A DNA stretch of 36,466 nucleotides from Sphaeroforma arctica JP610 (lineage: Eukaryota): the NCBI RefSeq assembly GCF_001186125.1, contig NW_014039987.1, positions 3,797 through 40,262 of the forward strand. Reading direction: 5' to 3'. The translations under genes were made by a program, and so were the position numbers. This document shows positions 12,201-25,429 of the stretch, piece by piece; position 1 is the first letter of the stretch, and the number at the start of each line of letters is the position of its first letter. The notes under the pieces are model-generated. The model was given only the letters and a program-made list of their open reading frames with translations. It was not told where the DNA came from and made no database searches.

Positions 12201-15200
12201 AATATCGTATGCTTTACACCTGTATGTTTAGGCGAACAAAGGTACAAAATGGGTCCCTTTCAAAATTGAGCCGGGCACAGCACCTGCCGGTGGGGCCGAC
12301 GGCTCAAGCAACGAACAGAATAAAGGCAAAAGCAAATCTCAAAACCACAATTCAGAAAAGGCACAATCCCAAAATAGCCGGGATGGCCAACACAGTAACC
12401 ATGGCAACCACGGTCACCATCAGAATAATAGCCAGAGTGGGGGCCAAGGTTCGAAAACCCGCAAGAAATCACATGGCAGCAAGGGCGGGCATGGGGTCAG
12501 AGCAGCGCACAACAACGTGCCCGTAGGTATAGGTATGTGAGTCTTTGTATGTGCATATGTGTATGTTATGTATATGTATACTTACACGTAGATGTATGTA
12601 CGTATTTATTTATTTATTTATGTATGCATTTATTTATGTATTTCTGTACTTTATGTACGTATGTATGTATATCATGATCGCACATCCCTATGCTTACAAC
12701 ATGCCATATACCTCCATACACTCATATCCTTCACTGTCTCCTCCTCTTTCTTCTACACTCCCAGACCCTAGCATGGTCGCACATCCCTATGCTTACAACA
12801 TGCCATATAGCGGTCCCCGGTCAATGGGAGGTCGGCCGTATGAGAATGCTGTCGTACCACCCGCACAGGCGATGGGTGCCACACCACACATGGGGGCGCC
12901 AAACATGTACAGTGGGGGGGTCTTTTATCCGCAAAATATGCAGCAGAGTGAGAAGGTGCTTAAGGCTAACCTCAAGAAGCAGATGTAAGTAGTGTGGGGT
13001 GCTGTATAGGTAAAGTGAGTTGGCAGGCGTGATAGTGACAGGTGTAAGCTGGTTGTGTGTGTAAGTACGTGCATGGGATATTATGTATGTATGTATAAGT
13101 ACCACACCACGCCTGGGCCACGGCAGGGGAGGGCAGTGGACATGTACAGAGGTGGTGTATGCTATCCCCAAAATGTGCAGCAGAACGAGCAGGTGCTTAT
13201 GCTACCCTCACGAAACACAGGACATTATTACGTGGTGTTTCGTTTGTGTATGTAGGCGGCTATGTATGTATGTATGCCCCTGAGAGACGGGTGCCGCACA
13301 ATAGATGTGCAGAGGGCAGGAAATGGACAACAGAGGCTTTGCTACTTGTACCTAAAAGTACAGTAGTGCTTCCGAGCGGCAAGTAGTTCTAGTCTAGTCT
13401 CGCGAACATGTATGTGCGGCAAACATTGTGTGTGTGTTCTATGTAGCTTGTACCAGCATTGGCGGGATGTAGGTAGGTAGGTATGTGGTGATGGATGCCA
13501 AACTACACAGGCACACAGATGCTGTGTGCAGCGACCTGCTTTACTAATAAAGTCTGTAGCACATGGAGAAGGTGCGCAATGGGATGAACTATACCTAGGT
13601 GTGGAATCAAACCCTAAACCCTGAAAACCCTAAACCCCAAAGGAATACATAGTGACGAGTTGTATATACCCGTGTATCAGCCATCTAATCTCCGCTCAAG
13701 CTCACGCTATAAGACATACACTCTCTCTCTCGCTCTTTCTTCTGCAGTGAATACTACTTCAGTACCGAGAACTTGTGCAAAGATCTCTTCCTGAGGCAAC
13801 AAATGGACAAGAACGGATACCTGCCACTGTCCTTCATTGCGAATTTCAACCGAGTGCGACTCATGACCAACGACCTGAGCATGATTGAGAAGGTGCGGGA
13901 TATATATATATATGTGTGTGTATGTGTGTGTAGGTATATATATATATATATATAAATGTATACAAAGCCAACAAGTTTAATTAACACTCCATTGTCGCCT
14001 ATGCTCATTGTCATAACAGAACCTATTAGTTCATGCACACAAAACCCACAAGTTCAACTAACTCTCCTATCTCGCCTATCCCCACAGTCGCTGCGGGGTA
14101 GTACGGTGTTAGAGGTGACCAAACAGTACGACATCCGCAAACGCGAAGATGCGCTGCGATGGCCCATTCTGCGCAAGGCGGACGGCAGCTTCCCCTTCAC
14201 ACCCCCAGGCATCCCCGCCAACCCCACGGAGAAGGAGGACTTCCGACGCAAGGTGTGTGAGTGTAGAGTCGGTAGATGCAGTAGGTAGATAGATCGGTGG
14301 AACGCGACATCCCCTCTCCTGTACACCTGCCTATTACTAGGGTATGCAGAGCTGGTGGGTTCAAAGCTCACTACCCCGTGTTTTGTTTTTGCGAGTTCAT
14401 TCGTTATGCTGTTTCATCTACTACATCTTGCATGAATGTGGATCGCGAGGATGGTGTGTGTATGAATACAGGTGTGTCGGCTTGTGTGTGCATTGATAAA
14501 TTCTGACACTTCTTTTTCGTGGATAAGTGTATGTGTGTATGTATGGCTAGGTGTGTGTTTGTATACGTGCATCTCTGAGCTCACATGTTTATTTATTGTT
14601 TATATTATGTCCGCCAGCTCGAGGAAAGCCATAAGAGCGACGACAAGAATGGAGCCGCTCCAAGCAATACGGGCGCTAAGAACGAAGTAAGTTACTCCCA
14701 TATCTGAGTAAATAACGACATGTGACATATCACACGTGTTTTGAATTGCAGATGTGTTTGGGTACTCTATGTCTGGGCAAATAAACGACATGTGACATAT
14801 CACACGTGTTTTGAATTGCAGATGTGTTTGGAAATACACCATGGTACAGGTACACGTTGTACCGCTATATCCTTGTACTATCAGGCATGTTACACGTATA
14901 CACACGTACACGAGTACGGGTCTATTCTTATGCTCACGGATATTCACACGTACGTCTATACACACACAGAGCGATACTAGCAGGACGCAAGAGCAGGAGG
15001 ATCTGTGGACCGAGGTCAGGCGTGGCAAGAAGAAGAGCATCTCATCTGAGACCAAGAAACCAGCGCAAGGCAGCAAAGGTATGAAAGTCAACACGAGACT
15101 CGTTCCATAATATATATATATAGATATATATATATTATGCGATCGTACATTTGACAGTATAATAGTATAATACATGATATGAAAGGTTACAGAGACGTGT

Positions 15201-15746
15201 ATGTGTATATGAAAGGCATTTACACAAGTATATATACTTGTACACTTACAGGGCTATATCAATATTCACCATGTTACCTTTAACTTATTTCAATATTGAT
15301 TGTAAGTCCCAAATCCTAATTTATTTCCTGGTGGGGTTTTTAACCTTAATGCTCCAGGCCAGAACAAGAACAAAGCCAATTCTCGAGGCGATGTTGACAA
15401 CAAGGCGCCCGAAGACAGCCAGATCGAGGAATTGGAGTTCGAGTTCGAAGAAGACCTTGAAAAGGCCAATTACGGCGAGGTGAAAGACCGGGGCATGTCT
15501 GGTATCAATGACTTTACCGATGATTCTGATCCTGAGTGCGATAGTGAGATTGAAGACGAGGATGTGGATAACATTGTGATTGTCACACAGACACCCCCAG
15601 CACCCAAGGGCAAGGGACGCATGGCCGTTATGCAGGAGACTACTAGGTGAGGGTTTTTCATATACATATATGTATATATATATATATTTATAACATGTAT
15701 GTTTGTATATATATATAACATATATGTATGTGTATATATATATAGC

Positions 15747-15777
<31 letters not shown>

Positions 15778-18700
15778 TAACATATATGTGTATGTGTGTG
15801 TGTATATATATATATAACTATTTGTAGTTGCCTACACTTTTCTCTATTATAAGTGGGCTAGATAACCTTATGAATTAGTTTTGTATCGCGTCCGCGTGGA
15901 TTTATATGTATACTGGTGTGAGTGCTGTACAATTACCTATACGTGATTTTAACTTCCATATCAACGCCTCCGTATTTAAGCTCACATGTATGTGTTTCAC
16001 TGTGTATGTTATTCAGGATAATGAGTACATTTGTGCCAACGAATGCTGCATGCGCCTCAGGCCTAGCATATGTATAATGTAATGTATCTAGCATGTTTGT
16101 AGCCTGTATGACTTGGAATATGTATAACGTACAGCACGTAGCAAATGTATAAAGTATTGTACTTAGCATATGAGTTGCCTATGTTTTTGGCATATGTACA
16201 GCACGTAGCATATGTATAAAGTATTGTACTTAGCACATGTGTTGCCTATATTACCTAGCATATGTATAAAGTAATGTACCTAGCATATGTGTTGCCTATA
16301 TCACTTGGCATATGTATAGCATACAGCACTTAGCATGTGTGTAGCCTGTATCACTTAGCATAGGTATAGTGTATATCACTTAGCGTATGTATAGTGTATT
16401 TTACCCGTCACATGTATAGTGTAGTGTACCAAGCATATGGATAACGTATCCAAAGTTTTATTCCTACGATCCATGGCTTACACATACACTGTACGAACGC
16501 AGGCATACATGTACACGTCCCACACCGACATCTGTACGTTTAATGTCATACCACTGATGTTTTTTGTCAAATAAACGTTTTGTGCAGATGCATATCTGTT
16601 TCCAGTTCACAGTGAATTCTTGATACATTCACTCCCCAAAGCGTGACCATCCATATCCATTTGAAGCATATGGTGTCTCGTCCGGGCATACTCATCCCTT
16701 CACACTCTTATGAAACGTATGGGACGCAGGCTTTACATTTGCATCACGCTATTTTATCCACACCTGACGTTTTAAACCACAACACACCTTATTAACATGT
16801 CGTTTTGTTCGCTCCGAATGCGCGTCGTTTCGCGTGGCAGCGGCGGCGGTGCTGTGGGCGAACCCGCGGCACAGAAAAAGAAGATCAAAGCCGAGGAATG
16901 GGCCGAGATGATCAACATCGGGCTGTACTACTACGAGCAGGACATGTACAAGGTACACAATATTCGTGCTAATGATATATTCATTCAATAGAGAATATGT
17001 GTTTATATACATACTTATATATATATCTGTGTATGTGTGGATGGGTGGGTGTGGCTGCTAAATCGCGAACAGATCTTTAACTGTGGCACTATCCAAGGAT
17101 CAGTCCGAGATCGTACGTGTTATGTAAATGTCTATGCAAGTACATATGTGTGTATATATATATCATGCCACATGTACACTATTTATAAATCACGTGCCTA
17201 TTGCACACGATATATTATACAACACTATAGCGGTGCTGTGTTGTATGTTCTGTTGTGTCGTCACAGCGAGTTCTACCCATAGTCACCCTATCAGAATCAT
17301 ACTATTATAGTCACGTACACTGTTATAGTTTTAGTAGCCACCTAACCCTTAACCTCAAACGTATCGCACTATTACAGTCACGTACACTGTCCTAGTACGT
17401 TCTAGTAGCCACTCAAACCCTGAACTCTAAACGTATCGCACTATTACAGTCACGTACACTGTCCTGGTACGTTCTAGTAGCCACTCAAACCCTGAACTCT
17501 AAACGTATCGCACTATAGCAATCACGTACACTGTCCTAGTACCTTCTAGTAGCCACTTAAACCCTGAACTAAACGTATCGCACTATTACAGTCACGTACA
17601 CTGTCCTAATACCTTCTAGTAGCCACTCAAACCCTAAACCCTGAACTCTAAACGTATCGTACGCATTGCATGCTCTGTCGCAGGACGACTACGTAGGCTC
17701 CACCGATGTGACTGAGGGGGCCATTGATATGTCAAGCACAGGCGCACGCACACCACGAACCCCCAAGACTCCCAAGACCCCAGGTATGTATGCGTTCGTG
17801 TATATATGTAGGTATCTGGGTATCGTTTGTTTTGTTTTGTTTATTGCCTGTGTGGGGCGGGGTGTACGTATACCTTTGTGGGTGTTTGGGCCTGGTTGTC
17901 ACCTCGGTGCATATATGTACGCGGCTGTGTGCCTGTGTGGTGACCTGAGCTTCGTTATATCACCTACGTATGCAGCACGAGAGTGTGCGAACACTAGAGA
18001 CACTCGAGCGCGTCGGTATTGAAGCGTCTGAGAGCATGTGTAGTTACGTGAGCTATGTCCGTTTGTAAGTTGTACGCGCGCATATGCGAGTGTTTGATGT
18101 CTAGAGTAGGGTGTGTGTGTATGTATGATGTATGTATGTATGCATGCATTCGTGCATATGATACATGTAGATATCTGATTTTTGTCATATTGTGTGTTTA
18201 CTGTTGTCGGTGTTGGAGTTTTTTTTCTAATCTCTGCATGTATGCGTCTATGTATGTGTTTAGGAACCCTTGAGGTTTTTCGTTACGTCTGAGTGTGTAT
18301 AGAGGCATTGTATGTAGATCAGTTCGAGTTGGCGGCTGATTTGGATTGTGTAACTCCAGGTATCTGTAGATATCTTCGTCGTATATGCGTCTTGATTGTA
18401 TCGATGCTTACGAGTCATAGCCACGGTTGCGTATGTTATAAACGTACTTTATATTACGTATACGTATAGCACACACTATACAATACAGATACAACGATAC
18501 ATACATGCATGAACATATACATGTGGATATGCAGTAGACGACTTGCGCATATGTACTTCTCCCTACGCACATAAACGACTTGTCTGTACCCGCTAAGCAT
18601 ACTTACATTCTATACATCCATTCAAATGGGAGGCATTTGTAGATACAAGCTCACATCTGTATAACCTAACACAACGTGCACGTTATCCCCAGCATACATG

Positions 18701-21700
18701 CTACACTCGTTATGGCTGGCTCACCCCAGCGGCTCTGTTTGTTCACCAATCCGCACATGGTGACCTCCATACCATGCATCATACGTAGTGTCTATTAAAA
18801 TTGCATGGTCTCTAATACAGCAACATATGTTTCTTCATGGCCGGTGTGTGCCTACTGCTATTATAAGTAGTGGTCTATGGCTACCTACCAACTTAGTTCT
18901 ATTCACCACCACAGCAGCTACACAAGCGCCTCCTTTGTCCTACTACTGTGCACATTGTGCTCTAAGCGTACAACTGTGTACTACACACCGTGCATGGTTT
19001 GATTTCAACATATATGACTCTAATTCATAGAGGTATATATATATATATAAACCTACATGACTTCATATCAGGTGATATCCTTTCCCAAGCCTGCACCCTC
19101 ACTCTATCGCATACACCACAATAGGAGTCACCCAGGCGCCCCGTTTCTACCCTGTCAACGAGAAGAGAGACCCCAAAAAGGAGGGCCGCAAGGGCAAGAC
19201 AAAGTACAGTAGCAACCCACCCAAGGAATCCCATGTGGGTTGGATGATGGCGCCCGTCAATGATGACCAGGTACGTATACGTTTATGCGGTACGTTTGTA
19301 CGTCAGGTCTGTACGATACCTTTACGTCGTTTACCTACGCTTTCCGTTACGTTTTGCTAATGTTTTGGGCACTATCTACTATCTTTATAGGGTTTTGTTT
19401 GTTTACGTTGTAGTTGGGTGCGTGTATAACTTTACCTACCGCATCTCTTACGTTCTTTTGAGCCTGAACTTGCTTACAAACCCCCTTTTGTCAACCCCCT
19501 TGCTGGTGGTGAAAAACCTTGGTTTATATAGGACGCAGACGGTACTGATGGCACCAAGAAGATCGGACCGCCTCAACCCATGGCTATGCCAGGCATGACA
19601 CCCAAGGACGCCTCCGCCATGTCATTCGGCTCATTCCAGGTACCACATTCTATTTATAGCCCTTTTGAATCTATTAATAGCCTTTTTTCAATCTATTTAT
19701 ACCTTTGAATCTATTTTTAGACTGGTATTCCTTGAGGACCCATTGCAAATATGTCAATAGGCCGGTAGTGGTGGTAACTGTTTCATACGTATTGTATTCA
19801 CTTCGCTTCCTTTCCACCGTTACTGTGGTCTCTGACCATGTCTTGGGTCTTAATATGCCAGTCAATCAGTCCGTCCGTTGTATTGCACAAGAATCACATG
19901 TACATATACACATACTTGCACCTAATCCATGCACATATACGCATACTTACACCTATTCCATGTACATATACGCATACCTACACACATCCGATGTACATAT
20001 ACACATACCTACAACCCATCTCATATATATATACACATACCTACACCCATCCCATGTACGTATACACATACCTACACCCATCCCATGTACGTATACACAT
20101 ACCTACACCCATCCCATATATATATACACATACCTACACCCATCCCATATATATATATACATACCTACACCCATCCCATATATATATACACATACCTGCA
20201 CCCATCCCATATATATACACACATACCTACACCCATCCCATATATATATACACATATCTACACCCATCCCACACATATATACACATACCTACACCCATCC
20301 CATGTACGTATACACATACCCACACCCATCCCATGTACATATACACATACCCACACCCATCCCATGTACATATACACATACCCACACCCATCCCATGTAC
20401 ATATACACATACCTATACCTGCGATACGTGCACTGTTCCTGCACATACTGGCCACAAGCATGTCTACTCTTACATCCGCACCCTCTCGCTCTCGAGCATA
20501 CACTCACAATTCCTTCGGTTCCTGTATATTTCTACATCTTGTCGTTGTTTTAAACAACCTGGCTATGTCTTCGATCTATCTGATTGGCCACGACGGTTCG
20601 TATATATACCTACGGCGCTGTACTTACCTACCCACGGCCTTTATCCCCTGCAGCACCCGTCGCACGATCTGCTGCGTAGCGACTGTTTCGTACAAACCAA
20701 ATACAACAAATACCACGCTAAGTGTCTCCGAGGTATGCTCAGGTGCTCGGTGTATGGTACTAACGAGGTCGAGAATACAACCCGTTAAACGTGTATTCGT
20801 TAACAGCCACATGTTTTGCATTTTTTTGTGTACGTACGGCTGCTACTGCAGAGACTTCGACCGATTTCATATACACAGGCGAAAGGAACGGATAGCTAGT
20901 CTTTCAGGCTAGCATGTATTGAACCTGTGACTGTGAACGTATTGGATCTGTGTCTGAACGTGAATGTCAGACTAACATGTATTGTATCTGTGTCTGTGAA
21001 CGTATTGGCTTTGTGTCTGTGAAGTGAATGCCATTCATGCCTTCGTCTGTCAAACTAATAACTTCACGGCTCTAGCTATATCTGGATAGGCGCGCGGCAC
21101 GGACAGTGTTCGTTTATCTGCGTCTGTACCTACCCTGGCGTTTTATGTACTGATCTATGCACTCCGGATCGGTATCTTTCCGCCTCTTCATCCGGCCCAC
21201 CCCACTTACCAATCAAAACCGTTCTATTTACATACCTCGTTTTATAAATAGAACGCAAGAAAGCTGGTGCGGGCCACTCGCAGGAGATGAACACGCTGTT
21301 CCGTTTCTGGTCGTTTTTCTTGCGTGATCAGTTCAACAAGCGCATGTACCAGGAGTTCAAAACGCTGGCTCTCGAGGACGCGCAGACTGGCTACAGGTAA
21401 ATGACGGGAATATGCACGATATAATATGTATATATAATTCGATGCTCGGATACATAATTATGTACAAATATCCAATATGCATGCTCTCGAGGACGTACCA
21501 AGCGGCTACAGGTAAATGGCAAAGGATTTTTAAATTATATATATGTATATCACGATATATACGTATAAATACATCCCTTGTATATGCTCTCGAGGATGCA
21601 GAAACAGACTATAAGTAAACATTGTGGAATATACAAGAATTTATATATGTGAGTGTGTGTGTGTTTGCGTGTTTGTTTGTATATGTATGTGAGTGTGTGT

Positions 21701-23439
21701 GTATCTGTGTGTGTATGTGCGTGCGTGTGTGCGTGCGTATTTGCTTTTATATGCATATGTATATATATATAAACCTTTTTCACTTTTCACGCCGACGGTC
21801 GATGTAGGTACGGATTGGAGTGTCTGTTCCGATTCTACAGTTACGGTTTGGAGAAGAAGTTCCGTCCCGAGATCTTCGCCGATTTCCAGCATGAAACTCT
21901 GCAGGACTACAAGAACAGTATGTGTCACCAGTGCTTGACTCTCTCGGATACATGTGTGGGCAACAGCCCCACGGGACCACACAGACACCACGTGTATATA
22001 GTATATTGTGTTGCTCTGAAAATTCATGTGTGTAGTTCAGACACTACGTCTATATAGCGAGTGTGTCACTTTGATAATTCGTGTGTGTAGTTGGATGTGT
22101 AGTTAGCGAGGTTTAATGTGTGCGAGTGTACGTCCCGTAACTGCTGGTGTAGTACATGACAAAGTGTATAGTGTAGTGAACAATATACTTCTGGTTTGTG
22201 TGTTATATGGCAATGTATATAGTGTAGTGGACAATATACTTCTGGCTTGTGTGTCGCCATAGGAATGGACTGGGTGAATGCCTGCGTCGCAAGTGGGTGG
22301 CGCTGTTGTATGCCTGTGATCGTCCTGTGATCTCTTTTTAATACAGTCCTAAATGTGTGGTGGGCTTGGGGGTTTGCGTAGATGCACCTAGTCCGGTAGA
22401 GTTGGACCGGTCCTCGCCACCCGAACGCACACGCACGCATATACCTAATTTCTCGATTTGTGTATAAGCCAGTACTTGTGTATTGGTTTTGGCGTGCGAA
22501 TCTTTACCTGTAACGTTCTTTATAGGCACTCATTATATGCGAACTCATCCCATGTGTTACCAGAGTACGTGTACGGACTTGAGAAGTTTTGGGCCTTCAT
22601 CAAATACCGCAGAGACCCACGACCGGTGGAGATCTGTCCGGAGCTGAAGGTATGTGCATGAAGTGACATTCATGTTTATATGTTTGTATATGGAGGAAGA
22701 CGTGTATATCTTACCCATACCATGTCCCCATGAAACGCAGCCGCAACATATATGCATACCTGTCCATGATTGGACACAAGCTTGGATGGCCCGAGTATAT
22801 GCGTTTGTATTTCTATGTGTCACATGTGCATGCATGCACGGCATGTGTGACATATGAGCTATCTCATCGTTAACACTGTGCACGTTGCATATAGCCCCTG
22901 TGTATGCAATCGCCTGTCCACGCCATGTGTGAATGCTTATATAAATGTGTACATAATTCTATGTGTATATGCCTATATACATATATATATGTGTGTGTGT
23001 GAGAGCATTTTTGTTTATTTATATATATACATATATATATATGTGTGTAAAAAAATTCGTATATTTATTTATATACATATATATATGTGTGTGTGCATGA
23101 ATGTGTATATTTGTATGCATGTATGTGAATATATGTAGCATATACCTAGGTATATGTGTGCATACCTACATATGGCTCTTGTACTCGCCCCATGCACAGG
23201 CGACGTTGGCCAACTTCAAGACTCTGTCGGACTTCAAGGCGGCTGCCAGTGCATTCGAGCAGCAGCGCAAATCCGAGGCCAAGAATAATCCGAAAGCCAA
23301 GACACAGGACAAGAAGAAGGGCGGTGATAAGGAGGGCAAGGGCACCAATGAGAAGACAGAGAATAAGGAAAAGGCCGTAGAGGCGGAACGTAAGAAGAGT
23401 GAGGCTAAAGCTGTGGATGTTCCGGCTGCTAAGGAGTAG
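9224..23439 (+). CDS. LARP1: La-related protein 1 (La motif plus C-terminal DM15 domain), 19 coding exons, ~959 aa
   Basis: Phase-consistent GT-AG exon chain: 9224-9373, 9802-9987, 10902-11021, 12232-12532, 12765-12984, 13748-13892, 14088-14252, 14618-14686, 14970-15078, 15358-15646, 16841-16952, 17684-17783, 19125-19270, 19532-19639, 20654-20732, 21252-21396, 21808-21917, 22564-22649, 23200-23439 (2880 nt). Motifs: APPTNPW, DLWPDL, KWVPF, La motif [77 protein letters not shown], and DM15 [56 protein letters not shown]. Confidence 0.95.
11112..11615. repeat. ~25-bp minisatellite (~20 copies) in LARP1 intron 3
   Basis: Unit ~tttcatagtaccataatataggtga. The variant aatagaagacctcgtag recurs about 123 bp apart. 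Confidence 0.93.
14710..14832. repeat. ~70-bp tandem duplication in a LARP1 intron
   Basis: aacgacatgtgacatatcacacgtgttttgaattgcagatgtgtttgg occurs twice. Confidence 0.9.
16060..16445. repeat. Degenerate intronic minisatellite
   Basis: Recurring tagcatatgtataaagtattgtact and tagcatatgtgttgcctatat units. Confidence 0.8.
17300..17660. repeat. ~72-bp tandem repeat (~5 copies) abutting the exon-12 acceptor
   Basis: cgtatcg starts recur at 17360, 17432, 17504, 17574 and 17653. The unit includes aaaccctgaac. Confidence 0.93.
19895..20420. repeat. ~30-bp minisatellite in a LARP1 intron
   Basis: Unit ~cacatacctacacccatcccatgtacatata. It explains the spurious long H/Y/T/P-rich ORFs in all three + frames. 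Confidence 0.93.
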
Positions 23440-24069
23440 AGTGGCGGAGAGGAGGGTGGCGGAGGGCTCGAAGGCATTGTACATAGTTTTAAAACAGACC
23501 AATACGCATATACACATACATATGTTTATATTTATTTATATATATATAGGTATATATTTGTACATATCTGTATATATATATACTTGAATACAAGCTCTCA
23601 TCTGCACACCGTGGTGCATGTGATGTGACTGTGGTCCGATTGAAGCGAGGACACGAGCACGCGCACACAGTGCAGCCGTTCGGATAGACACAAGGTGTTT
23701 ACGTACGGTTTGGGGGTACGTATTCTGGGCGAGTATTGGTCTACCAGGGCAGGCGATGCCGAGAAAAGCCGTTTGCGTATGTACTATGCGTTCAACGTAC
23801 ACTCGGCGAGTATTGGTGGACTGGTAGGAGAGGAGTTGAGAATAATAACCACGTGCGTGGTGGAGCGTATAGGCTTGATGCCGACGTTTCTATTGGTTAT
23901 TAATATGTTTATAGTTTTATTAAAGTCCAAGTTAGGGTCACAAATTGGATTTGTTGTTACGTTGCTCAAATTGTTATTGAAGTCTTAAGTGTCTTGTTTG
24001 AGAGGTATGTAATCGGTGGTGTGTTTCCACTAATTTGTTCTATTCAAGTCGTGGAATCCATTGGTTGTT

Positions 24070-25395
24070 AAGGTGTCTGTAGGGTTGTTATGTATAATAT
24101 GGGAGGATAATATCTTTGAATTCTATTTATTATCAGGATATATGTAGGTTTGTATTGAATAATATAGACGTCAAAGGTGAGATATATTAATTATTAGGAT
24201 GTCTGTAGGTTTGCCATGTATAATAAAGGAGGGACAATAATATTGAGGTCGATCTATTGTCAGGTTGTCTGTAGGTTTGTTTTGTATATAATATAATAGG
24301 GTCAATATAACATTGAAATCTATTTATAATTACGATGTCTGTAGGATTGTAGTGTATAATATGGGAGGGTCAATATATTTTTGCGGTATATTTATAATCA
24401 GGATGTCTGAAGGATTGTAGTGTATAGTATAGGAATAGGCGGGTCGATATATCATTTGAGGTCTATTTAATGTCTGTAGGTTTGTAATGTATAAATGTAG
24501 GAGGGTCAATATTGACAAGGTCGATCTATTGATAGTGTACCTGTCGGTTTGTAATGTATGATGTAGGAGGGTCAATATTGACAAGGTCGATCTATTGATA
24601 GTGTGCCTGTCGGTTTGTTACGTATAATATATAGGAGGGTCAATATATTCTTGAGGTCTATTTATTTTCAGGATGTCGGTAGGATTGTAGTGTTTGATAT
24701 AGATGGGTCCATATATCATTAAGGTCTATACATTATCAGGGCGTCTATAGATTTGTAATGTATAATATAGGAGGGTTAACATTATTGAGGTCGATCTATT
24801 GTCAGGGTGTCTTTAGGTTTGTTTGTGTTTAAATTTGGGAGGGTCAATGTATTGTTGAGGTCTAGTTATTATCAGGATGTCTGTAGGTTTATAATGTGTA
24901 ATATAGGAGGGTCATTACTATTGATTGTCAGGGTGTCTGTATTGTGTGCAATAAAGTAGGTTCAATGTATTATTGAAGTCTATTTATTATCGGAATGTCT
25001 GTAGGTTTGTTATAAATAATATAGAAGGGTCAATATCAGGGCTATTTAGTATCAGATGTATGTGGGTTTGTTATGTACGATATAGGAGAGTCAATATTAT
25101 TAAAGTCTTCATTATCAGGATGTCTGTAAGTTATGTATAAATGTAATAGGGTCAATCTTTTTGAGATCTGTTTAATATCGGGTTGGTCTGTAGGATTGTT
25201 ACGTATATAAATATAGACAGGCCAATATCATTGGGTCTATTTATTATCCGGATGACTGTAGATTTGTTAAGTATAATATAGGAGGGTCAATCTATTTATC
25301 ATCGGGATGTCTGTAGGTTCAAGTATAATAGATGAGGGTCATTATTATTGAGCTTTATTTTTTATCAGGATGTCGGCAGGTTTTTCAAGTAGAAT
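24070..25395. repeat. Degenerate ~65-bp satellite (~20 units)
   Basis: Recurring ggatgtctgtaggtttgtaatgtataatataggagggtcaatattattgaggtctatttattatca. Confidence 0.9.
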
Positions 25396-25429
25396 ATAAA
25401 GCCACAAATATTGAGGACAATGATTCCGT

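Noticed and set aside
13608..13640. Telomere-like aaaccct repeats (also within the 72-bp repeat)
   Set aside because: Only a few degenerate intronic copies are present, so this is not a telomere.
14180..14210. PAM2-like motif after the La motif (GSFPFTP)
   Set aside because: The position fits, but the match to LNxxAxEFxP is too weak to call.
19705..20912. Three overlapping 280-330-aa H/T/Y/P-rich ORFs
   Set aside because: They come from a stop-free ~30-bp minisatellite. Only 20654-20732 is a real LARP1 exon.
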